From Candidatus Hodarchaeota archaeon (GTDB lineage: Archaea; Asgardarchaeota; Heimdallarchaeia; Hodarchaeales; Hodarchaeaceae): DNA of 57,924 bases. Shown here piece after piece: positions 49,707-57,547 of this stretch. The notes under the pieces are model-generated. The model saw only the letters and a list, made by a program, of their open reading frames with translations, made no database searches and was not told the DNA's origin. Where the stretch lies: NCBI GenBank assembly GCA_029856365.1, contig JAHQWW010000011.1, forward strand, positions 1 through 57,924, written 5' to 3'. How positions within the stretch are numbered: position 1 is the stretch's first letter; every line of letters starts with the position of its first letter. Position numbers and translations under genes: made by a program.

Positions 49707-50723
49707 ATGAATGAAACACATATAGATAGTAATAGAAAAGAATTAATCGTTAATCGATTGGAACAATTCAAGAAAAAGCAAAGAAGACAAGCATATGTTG
49801 TTACTGTATTTTGGTTTTTACTAGTAGCTGGATTTACGATAGTGATTTCTTCTTTTATCCAACTTCATGAGGCCCCAATACGAAATCTCATCCTTTCCTT
49901 CCTGTGTGGGGTAGTCATCGTAAACTGGATTTATTTTATTCCTTTTTTGGGTATTCTTCTTATTGTAACTATTAGAACGAGAAGTCGTAATTTCTTTTTT
50001 CAACTCTTCCCAAATCTCGGTCTTTTAGTAATCATAACGATAGCTGCATTGAGTAATTTCATTGAATTCAAAGAAGACCTCCTTACATTCCTTTTTATTG
50101 GAGCTTTACTAACAATTGTTGTCTTAGAATGTGTCTTTCTACGATTAGTTATTAAGGGTGCAAGGGAGAATAAAAAGCCACTTTTTCTATGGAATTTCTT
50201 TCAAGATTCCTTTGAAGCTTATAGTTCAACCATTGTGTCTCAACAAGCGTTACTTATCCATGAAGTTCAAAATGGTTATTCCCAACGACCCTTTTTTACA
50301 AATTTTCCAGAAATCACTCAATACTGCTCTTCTTTGACGAAATTCAAATCACAGATTCAGGAATACATTCATTTTTTAACTGAAAGAAGTGAACTAATCT
50401 GTTGGGAAATCAGAGAAAACTCGGTAACCCTCTACCCTAGGATGTTAATGGGAAATCCTGACCTTGGTTTAGGCATTAAATACCTCTGGGTTCTTTTTTA
50501 TAAAATAATAAAAAAAGATGGATTAACAACAGTCACCATTAATTATAATTCTCAAGAACTTTCTCTAAGGATTGCAAAACAGGACTATGACTTATTGAAT
50601 GATGTGACATATTATTTATTAGGGCAATTATTATTGGAACGATTTAAACAGTCAATTATAGCTTTTTTGGAAGACAATCATGAGAGAGCATATTCAATCC
50701 TTTTTCCTTTGAAAGGGTCATGA
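49707..50723 (+). CDS. Four-TM membrane protein with cytoplasmic C-terminal domain
   Basis: Four hydrophobic helices in residues 30-148; starts 13 nt after the regulator, so probably co-transcribed. Confidence 0.72.
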   Translation: MNETHIDSNRKELIVNRLEQFKKKQRRQAYVVTVFWFLLVAGFTIVISSFIQLHEAPIRNLILSFLCGVVIVNWIYFIPFLGILLIVTIRTRSRNFFFQLFPNLGLLVIITIAALSNFIEFKEDLLTFLFIGALLTIVVLECVFLRLVIKGARENKKPLFLWNFFQDSFEAYSSTIVSQQALLIHEVQNGYSQRPFFTNFPEITQYCSSLTKFKSQIQEYIHFLTERSELICWEIRENSVTLYPRMLMGNPDLGLGIKYLWVLFYKIIKKDGLTTVTINYNSQELSLRIAKQDYDLLNDVTYYLLGQLLLERFKQSIIAFLEDNHERAYSILFPLKGS

Positions 50724-50874
50724 AACCTCAAAATGTCTTCAGACCATCCTTTTATAGTGTGATCATTATGAGTTCGAGATCGAAGTAATTTGCTTATTTT
50801 GACGAGTAGGCAATAGTAATAGGAAAAATGAAGGTTTTTTACAAAAAGTTCAATTGCAAAAATAAATCATCGAA

Positions 50875-50901
50875 TATTCGGAATTCGAACACTTTATAAA
50901 C
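50875..50901 (+). promoter_or_regulatory. Operator plus TATA box upstream of the PadR gene
   Basis: TATTCG-gaatt-CGAACA-c-TTTATAAAC; the ATG follows at 50930. Confidence 0.7.
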
Positions 50902-50929
50902 TTGTAGATAAATTAGTCAAGCGGTTTGA

Positions 50930-51301
50930 ATGGTTCAGAGTGAATCCCCTCGGGAATACAACCCGTATTTAGGTAAGGAATTGTCAACATTACTGATTTT
51001 ATCTATATTAAATTCTAAGAAAAGCTCAAGTACTTATGAACTGATTAAGGACATTAAAATAAAGACTAAAAATAAAATTTCCTTCCGAGCAGGCACTATT
51101 TATCCTCATATGGTAAAGCTAGAATCGCTAGGGGTATTACAGAAAAGTATAGAAGATACTCCTTCACGTTCTCAGGGTGTTACTCGCCAAAAATCCGTTT
51201 ACTCGTTAACTCAAAAAGGTTTAGAGGTTCTAAACAATAAAAAGAGAGACTGGAAAGATCTTCAATCCATCATCAACCAATTGTTAGAAAGTGAGGAATA
51301 A
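50930..51301 (+). CDS. PadR family transcriptional regulator
   Basis: LLILSIL..TYELIKDI..GTIYPHMVKLE..GVL..YSLTQKG. Confidence 0.92.
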   Translation: MVQSESPREYNPYLGKELSTLLILSILNSKKSSSTYELIKDIKIKTKNKISFRAGTIYPHMVKLESLGVLQKSIEDTPSRSQGVTRQKSVYSLTQKGLEVLNNKKRDWKDLQSIINQLLESEE

Positions 51302-51304
51302 AAT

Positions 51305-52255
51305 TTGACTAGCGTTTATCTAACACCTCAATTTCAGGATTTATCTAATTATTTCACTTCCGATGGATGGCGAATGATTATTTCTTTCGTTAAGAATCTT
51401 AAGAAAAGATTGGACCAATTTGATATTGAGGATGAAGAGAAAGAATCAATTTTTAATGGAATAGAAGAATTTATCCAAGAATTTGTCGAAGAATACAAAG
51501 ACAGGGCAAAAATTACCTTTAATGAAGCTTTGAGTTTAATTAGAGAAATTGGTTCTCCCTCTGAAATTATACAGTCGATGGATCTCACTATCGAGCAAAT
51601 GATGAAACGTAACAGTATGAAAGATCCACAAGAATCTGATAAAATCATCTGTAAAGCTTGCAGCTGGCCAAATGAGCCTGATTCGAGATTCTGTGACAGT
51701 TGTGGCAAAAAACTTATTGTATTTGGCGAAGAGAAAAAGGGTGTCTATCTTCCTCAAGTTATGTTCCGTTTTCCTAATGTAACGTCAATCGTCTTTACTT
51801 ATTTAATATTTTTTATTTATGGTCTTTTTATCGGAATAGTTGCTATTGCCATAAGCCCAGAGTGGGAAATCTATAATATCATAGAATTATTTCTCTCTCT
51901 GTTCGTGCTTTTGATTGCTCCTGCAATAATTTATGGATTAATTTTTGGATTTCTAATAGAAACACTGGATAAGGAGCTAGAATTTGTTGGGCTTCCTCAA
52001 AAGGTCATTAACCATCCAAGTATATTTTCAGTCATTTTTTCTTATTTACTCATTCTTATAATTAGTATTATTTTGGATTTCATTATATTTATTTCAAATC
52101 CATCATATAACCCTCTTTGGTTAGTAAGGACTTTTTTAGAGGCGGGAGCACTATTATTACCACCTGCTGTTGTACTTGGACTGTTCTTGGGGTATCTTAT
52201 TCAGAAATTGGGACGAAATCAAGAATCATCAAGTATTCAAAATCCAAAAAATTAG
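51305..52255 (+). CDS. HAAS-like domain, zinc ribbon and four-TM membrane protein (PadR partner)
   Basis: N-terminal helical segment EEEKESIFNGIEEFI..REIGSPSEII, then CKACSWPNEPDSRFCDSCG and a duplicated TM hairpin (LPQ...P..SIVF.Y twice). Confidence 0.75.
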   Translation: MTSVYLTPQFQDLSNYFTSDGWRMIISFVKNLKKRLDQFDIEDEEKESIFNGIEEFIQEFVEEYKDRAKITFNEALSLIREIGSPSEIIQSMDLTIEQMMKRNSMKDPQESDKIICKACSWPNEPDSRFCDSCGKKLIVFGEEKKGVYLPQVMFRFPNVTSIVFTYLIFFIYGLFIGIVAIAISPEWEIYNIIELFLSLFVLLIAPAIIYGLIFGFLIETLDKELEFVGLPQKVINHPSIFSVIFSYLLILIISIILDFIIFISNPSYNPLWLVRTFLEAGALLLPPAVVLGLFLGYLIQKLGRNQESSSIQNPKN

Positions 52256-52331
52256 ATTAGATTTCTTAATAGCTTTCAATAACGCGTTGGACACCCCTTT
52301 TTGCTTTTTCGTGGGTTTTTTAGAAATAATA

Positions 52332-52358
52332 TATTCGTATATCGAATAGTTTATAAAC
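52332..52358 (+). promoter_or_regulatory. Second copy of the operator plus TATA box
   Basis: TATTCG-tatat-CGAATA-g-TTTATAAAC, with the same spacing as the copy at 50875. Confidence 0.7.
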
Positions 52359-52379
52359 GAATATACGATTATCAATTTA

Positions 52380-52682
52380 AAATCAAATAATGCTTCGGAA
52401 TAATGAAATTGAATAAATTTGTCTGAATTATATAATATAAAGGTATCATACAGTTTGAGTGAAATCATATGAAAAAAATATACTGTAAAGTATGCGGATT
52501 TTCAAATAAGGCACAGTCCTTCTTTTGTTCCACTTGTGGACATAATCTAAATGACCAATCTTCCTTTAGTAACCCTGATGACCAACAGATATACTCTAAT
52601 TATCTTTTAGAGGTCAAAGCGCTCTTTGGAGAGTACCAAGCATCTAAAAAGAAATCTAACAATGCTTCATAACAATGAAATT
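52380..52682 (+). repeat. 31-bp imperfect direct repeats bracketing a small zinc-ribbon gene
   Basis: AAATCAAATAATGCTTCGGAATAATGAAATT (52380-52410) versus AAATCTAACAATGCTTCATAACAATGAAATT (52652-52682); 26 of 31 identical. Confidence 0.65.
52469..52672 (+). CDS. Small zinc-ribbon protein
   Basis: CKVCGFSNKAQSFFCSTCGHNL. Confidence 0.7.
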   Translation: MKKIYCKVCGFSNKAQSFFCSTCGHNLNDQSSFSNPDDQQIYSNYLLEVKALFGEYQASKKKSNNAS

Positions 52683-52889
52683 TGTCAATTTCAAATATCT
52701 AAAGACGAGTTAATCAGAATCATATCATATCGCTGAAAGATTGTCTTTCGATAATCTTTTAGCCCAGATAAGGAATTAAAGAGATAGAAAGTGAAATTAC
52801 TTACATTTTTTGCACTTATCAAAAAGTAGTTTAAATTTAAATCCAAGAAAACTCCCTGTAAGGAAGTAAAGGCCTTTTTGGGTGATATA

Positions 52890-54164
52890 ATGAAAAATAT
52901 CTTAATTCAAAAACAAGAAGAGCAGTGGTCTACTGAGAAAACATCCGATTTATATAAGCAATCAGTTCAAACACATTCAACACGAGTACGTTATCTTGAT
53001 AATTTGAAAGTATTTCTTACGGTTCTCGTCGTTCTACATCATACTGCTATAACTTATGGTGCTAGTGGTTCATGGTGCTACAAGGCCAGCTATTACGAAG
53101 GATTGAATGATCCTCTTACCTCTATTTTATTAACAGTGGTTACGGCTATAAATTCCTCGTTTTTTATGGCGGCTTTTTTTCTATTGAGCGGTTATTTTAC
53201 CCCAGGTAGTTACGACCGAAAAACATCTTTGGTATATTTGAAAGATCGATTCATTCGCCTTGGAATTCCCTTATTATGCTACGCAATTATTATTGGGCCA
53301 TTCTTAGCTTATTATATGAATGTTACTCTATTTGATGCAGAATATTCCTTCTGGGTATTTTATTCACATCTTTTAAAGACAGGTACCATCCTTGGTGTAG
53401 GACCATTATGGTTTGTCCAAGGGTTACTGATTCTTGCTATTTGTTATACGATCTGGAGAATGGTAAGTAATAATATATTGCCCCGAAGATTTGAGACAAT
53501 ATTTAGTCAGGAAAATCATCAAAGTGAATTTCCATGTCCTCTACAAATCTTTGTTGTAATAGCTTTAGTAGGGCTGGTAACTTTTCTAGTTCGCATTTTT
53601 ATTCCCTCAGATAAATCGATAGTTTTAATTTCACCAATTATTTTTTCTTTGCCCCTTGGTGACTTTGTCTCATATATCAGTATGTTTATATTAGGGATTA
53701 TTGCGTATCGTCAAGATTGGTTTAGTAAAATTTCTGAAGTACATGGAAAAAACTGGATGAAAGTTGTAATAGGATCTATTATCTTTTTACTTGTATTTAT
53801 TTCTCTTACCGGAGCTTTTGAAGGTGACCTTTCGGTCTATCAGGGGGGATTTCACTGGGAGTCTCTTCTTGGTTCTATCTGGGGATCAATCATGTGTTTT
53901 GGTATTTGTATCAGCTTAATTCTGATCTTTCGGGGAAAACTCAATACCCAAAGCACACTTCCACGAATATTATCTCAAAATGCGTATACAGTCTATATTA
54001 TCCATGCTCCAGTTCTAGTTGTGACTTCAATTTCCCTATCTAGTATCTCGCCACACCCATTCATCAAATTCATTGGTGTTTTATGTATAACTCTTATTTT
54101 ATGTTTTGGTTTAAGTCATTTCGTCTTTCGACGAATTCCTGGAGCAAAAAGGGTAGTAGGATAA
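52890..54164 (+). CDS. Acyltransferase_3 family (OpgC/MdoC-like) membrane O-acyltransferase
   Basis: RYLDNLK..LVVLHH, FFLLSGYF, KDRFIRLGIP, LWFV and AYTVYIIH. ATG 52890 follows GGTGA. Confidence 0.9.
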   Translation: MKNILIQKQEEQWSTEKTSDLYKQSVQTHSTRVRYLDNLKVFLTVLVVLHHTAITYGASGSWCYKASYYEGLNDPLTSILLTVVTAINSSFFMAAFFLLSGYFTPGSYDRKTSLVYLKDRFIRLGIPLLCYAIIIGPFLAYYMNVTLFDAEYSFWVFYSHLLKTGTILGVGPLWFVQGLLILAICYTIWRMVSNNILPRRFETIFSQENHQSEFPCPLQIFVVIALVGLVTFLVRIFIPSDKSIVLISPIIFSLPLGDFVSYISMFILGIIAYRQDWFSKISEVHGKNWMKVVIGSIIFLLVFISLTGAFEGDLSVYQGGFHWESLLGSIWGSIMCFGICISLILIFRGKLNTQSTLPRILSQNAYTVYIIHAPVLVVTSISLSSISPHPFIKFIGVLCITLILCFGLSHFVFRRIPGAKRVVG

Positions 54165-54188
54165 TGATTTAGTATAGAGGAGCTTAAT

Positions 54189-55499
54189 ATGAAAAATTCT
54201 AAAATACAAAGTAATGTCATGAATAAGGTTCTTGTTTTAGCTCTCTATTTTAGTTTTATAATCCTTCCATTTTTTTTAGCAAGTGGTTCAAATGATACAT
54301 TGAATCTACCTCCATTTAATCCTCAGATAGATGATCAAGTTCAAGAGATAATGAATCAAACATATATTCCATCAGTTGCTACTACTGTAATAAGAAATAA
54401 TTCAATTATTTGGGCAAGAGGATATGGAGAGCAGCCAGAGCTTGATAAAATTTACATGACTGGATCCGTTACCAAAACTTTTACGGCAACAGCAATTTTC
54501 CAACTTTATGAACAAGGACTTATACAATTGGATGATGATGTGAACGAATATTTACCATTTTCTTTGAGACATCCCATTTATCAGAGCGATTCAATTACTA
54601 TCAGAATGTTACTTACTCACACCTCTGGAATAAGTAAGGACACAGATACATATATTGCAGGGATGGCAGAAGATGGCCTCTCAAGAATGGGATGGGAAAA
54701 TCCTTATGCATGGTTACCTTACCCAGAGTGGATCAAGGAATATCTCACTCCTAATGGCTCTCTTTATGATCCAGGAGCTTGGACTCCTTACTATCCAGGA
54801 TTAACACGACATTATTCAAATATAGGGTACAATATTTTAGGATATATCTTAGAATTAATAACAGGCAAACCAATCTGGGAGTACGTTCAAGAGAACATTT
54901 TAACTCCCTTGGAAATGCATCATACTGGATTTAATCTCTCAAAGTTCGATATTTCTCAATTGGCAATACCCTATATATACAAGTTTGAAATTGATCCAGA
55001 ATCTAACGGGAATAAAGCTTATCCCCATTATAATTATTTGGGATATTCCTCTGGAGCAATTAGATCAAATATTTACGATTTAGCAAGATTCCTATTAGTA
55101 CATTTACATGCAGGAGTGTCGAATGGGACACGCATTTTACAAGCGCATACAATTCAAACAATGCATCAGATGCAAGCTTCTTGGCTTAAAGATATTGAAT
55201 TTTGGAATGGGTGGGGAGGTACTGAAGGTGATATTTACGGATTTCATACCAAAGCGTATGGAATTTATGATCATAATACATCTGTGCCTTATGGTGTGAT
55301 AACATTGGTGAATCAAGGCATGGATGATGCTAGGGATGCTTGTTTTTCAATCACCCAACTACTCCAAAGAGCTGTTCATAGATATGATGTAGATTTAACA
55401 AGTCGTTCTAGTCCAGGTTTAAGTATGGTAACCTCGGTTATATATCTTGTAATAGTGGTTATTCTTGTGAAGAAAAAGTTGAGAAAAGATTCCATGTGA
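54189..55499 (+). CDS. Serine hydrolase (beta-lactamase class C/S12-like), secreted with C-terminal anchor
   Basis: GSVTK (SxxK), ITIRMLLTHTSG, HYSN (YxN) and LTPLEM..TGF, with the tail SSPGLSMVTSVIYLVIVVILVKKKLRK. Confidence 0.9.
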   Translation: MKNSKIQSNVMNKVLVLALYFSFIILPFFLASGSNDTLNLPPFNPQIDDQVQEIMNQTYIPSVATTVIRNNSIIWARGYGEQPELDKIYMTGSVTKTFTATAIFQLYEQGLIQLDDDVNEYLPFSLRHPIYQSDSITIRMLLTHTSGISKDTDTYIAGMAEDGLSRMGWENPYAWLPYPEWIKEYLTPNGSLYDPGAWTPYYPGLTRHYSNIGYNILGYILELITGKPIWEYVQENILTPLEMHHTGFNLSKFDISQLAIPYIYKFEIDPESNGNKAYPHYNYLGYSSGAIRSNIYDLARFLLVHLHAGVSNGTRILQAHTIQTMHQMQASWLKDIEFWNGWGGTEGDIYGFHTKAYGIYDHNTSVPYGVITLVNQGMDDARDACFSITQLLQRAVHRYDVDLTSRSSPGLSMVTSVIYLVIVVILVKKKLRKDSM

Positions 55500-55500
55500 A

Positions 55501-55597
55501 TTGGTTCTCCTCCTTGGAAAATTCAATAGCCAGTATATTTTTACAAAATAGTTGACTCAAAAAGCGTACACAGTCTATATTATCCATGAACCAGTTC
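55501..55597 (+). pseudogene. Decayed fragment of an Acyltransferase_3 paralog
   Basis: Translates LVLLLGKFNSQYIFTK*LTQKAYTVYIIHEPV, versus LILIFRGKLNTQSTLPRILSQNAYTVYIIHAPV in 52890..54164. The DNA ACAGTCTATATTATCCATG is shared. Confidence 0.8.
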
Positions 55598-55980
55598 AAT
55601 ATCAGTATCAGGGGTAATTGCTGCTCTAAGAAAAGTTAATGACAAGATGATTTGATTTTTTTCAGATATCTAAAATTATTTAAGATATAGAGGCTAATTC
55701 TAACCAAGAAATCAAGATGGATCGATGAGCAAAGATGAGCAATTAGCAATTAGAGCAACATCAAAAAGTAGCAATAATAAGATTAATTTTAACTTGTGTT
55801 TATTTTATAAGTTGTATTCTTCTCCCATTTCTAAAAATTATTCCATTTACTACTTGGAAAATCGGTATCAAGGGTTCGGGGTCCAGTTTTTGGATTTATG
55901 ATTGCTATATTGATGGAATAGAGATTAATACAGGTGAATTTATTTCATATTTAGAAGCAACCAGGTCAAGACATTGGTCA

Positions 55981-56439
55981 ATGGAAGAGATAGTAACATC
56001 AATTAACATTCTCTTGTTTGATTTATTGTTCTATTTTGGCTGGACAATGATTTTCTCTGGTTGTTGTGCATTCATTCTAAATATTCTTATGTTTTACCAG
56101 ATTTTTCATAATAAAAAATTAAAAATCCTCCCAACAAGTCATTTACTTTCTGCTTTCTCAATATTCTTGGTGATTATTGAATGGATTTTATTTTTACTTT
56201 TCATAATTGATTTTAATTGTTCTTCATTTGGTGAATATTCTATGCCTCCTGAATATCGTTTTATTTGTATAAAGCCAACAGTCAATTTAATCCTCTTTTT
56301 CCTAATGGTTTTTGGAATTATTTGTTTATTTATTGCTAATTATATCGATTTCTTCTCGAAATATTTTGTAACAAAAACTGGGAAGAAAAAGGCAAGCTCT
56401 AACCTTAAAACCCTGCTGGTAACGATTAATGACCTCTAA
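55981..56439 (+). CDS. Hypothetical three-TM membrane protein
   Basis: Three hydrophobic helices and a basic tail. Confidence 0.55.
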   Translation: MEEIVTSINILLFDLLFYFGWTMIFSGCCAFILNILMFYQIFHNKKLKILPTSHLLSAFSIFLVIIEWILFLLFIIDFNCSSFGEYSMPPEYRFICIKPTVNLILFFLMVFGIICLFIANYIDFFSKYFVTKTGKKKASSNLKTLLVTINDL

Positions 56440-56510
56440 TCCCTTGTTTATCTAGTTAGTTTGGGGAAGCAAGAGTTGATGTCATGGAATCTACTTCTTA
56501 TTTTCCTATT

Positions 56511-56828
56511 TCATCTTTCTATTATTTCTATTTTAAAGATAACCGGTCGTATCCCATCAGTACAACAGGCAATCATTGTATCATCATCTTTCATCCATTG
56601 CCAAGTTGAACCAAAGTTGCCCCCTTGCATCATGGTTAAGACACACTTTTGGATATCGGACCAAGCCCAGCCACAAGGAAAATCCTCAGGTTGTTTTATT
56701 GCATGCTCAGTTATGAATTCTTGCCCTTCTTCGAATGCCTCGCACAATCCTGTCTTCTTTTGACAGTATTCATTAGCCAATTCTTCATAAAAGGTTTTTT
56801 TCAAGACTGTAATTTTACATTTTGCCAT
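56511..56828 (-). CDS. TIGR04076-family Cys-rich small protein
   Basis: MAKCKITVLKK..C...C..FEEGQEF..FPCGWAW.DI..ACCTDGIRPVIFKIE. Start set at ATG 56828. Confidence 0.85.
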   Translation of the reverse strand: MAKCKITVLKKTFYEELANEYCQKKTGLCEAFEEGQEFITEHAIKQPEDFPCGWAWSDIQKCVLTMMQGGNFGSTWQWMKDDDTMIACCTDGIRPVIFKIEIIER

Positions 56829-57118
56829 TATTTGCACCAAGAAGAAGAATATGTGTTTATTCATCTCCTAATTGGAGGGGATTCTTTTCTTCCCTCAATG
56901 AATTGATTATTTAACTTTTCTTTTTGTGGCAATCTTCTGCCTAATAAAAGATGAACTAGTTGAAAAACGAGTTTTTGAGTATTTTAATAGGATTTTTTCT
57001 TTTCTCTCCTATCCTTAGACCATTAGCATCATAATTAATTGCCGCAAAACTAACTTTTAATAGAAATAGTCTAATTGATTCCTCTTGAAGATTAATTATC
57101 AGGTGAGAATAAATCAAA

Positions 57119-57313
57119 ATGGTTTATTGTGAAGATTGTGGCTTTCATAATGAAGTAGATGCTATTTTTTGTGTAGCTTGTGGTGTAAAATTAGCTAAAT
57201 TGGGAAATCGAAGTAGTTCTTTCTCTAGTGAAAAGAAATCCTCTTCTAAAACCTGTATTGCTGCATTAGCGGCTACAGCAGCAGCTGTGGTCGCAGTGAT
57301 AATACTTGGATAG
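57119..57313 (+). CDS. Small zinc-ribbon protein with C-terminal hydrophobic tail
   Basis: CEDCGFHNEVDAIFCVACGVKL, a Ser-rich linker, and a terminal IAALAATAAAVVAVIILG; AGGTGA RBS. Confidence 0.75.
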   Translation: MVYCEDCGFHNEVDAIFCVACGVKLAKLGNRSSSFSSEKKSSSKTCIAALAATAAAVVAVIILG

Positions 57314-57547
57314 TAACACTTATTTTTTACAAGTCGTGAATCATCTAAAGAAACAGTAATACCTATTTCTTTTCTCTCTGGGCTTCCTCAAATTATTAAA
57401 GAACTGAAACTTTGCCTCTTTGGTATGATAGGTAGTGATAGTCTCTTCATCTCTCATCATAGCCTGTTTCTGTAAACAAAACTATAGAGAAAAAAGGTAT
57501 TTACATTTCTTACGTTAAACCATCGATATTAGAAGAGGGCTAAAATT

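Noticed and set aside
55549-55551. In-frame TAG as pyrrolysine
   Set aside because: It lies in a short decayed acyltransferase fragment with no plausible full-length gene, and no pyl genes are in the window.
2306-56906. Short antisense or nested ORFs in the track (e.g. 8308..8709, 10400..10759, 21684..22145, 35246..35593, 42698..43033, 51349..51708, 56461..56763)
   Set aside because: They overlap well-supported genes, carry no recognisable motifs, and look like shadow ORFs.
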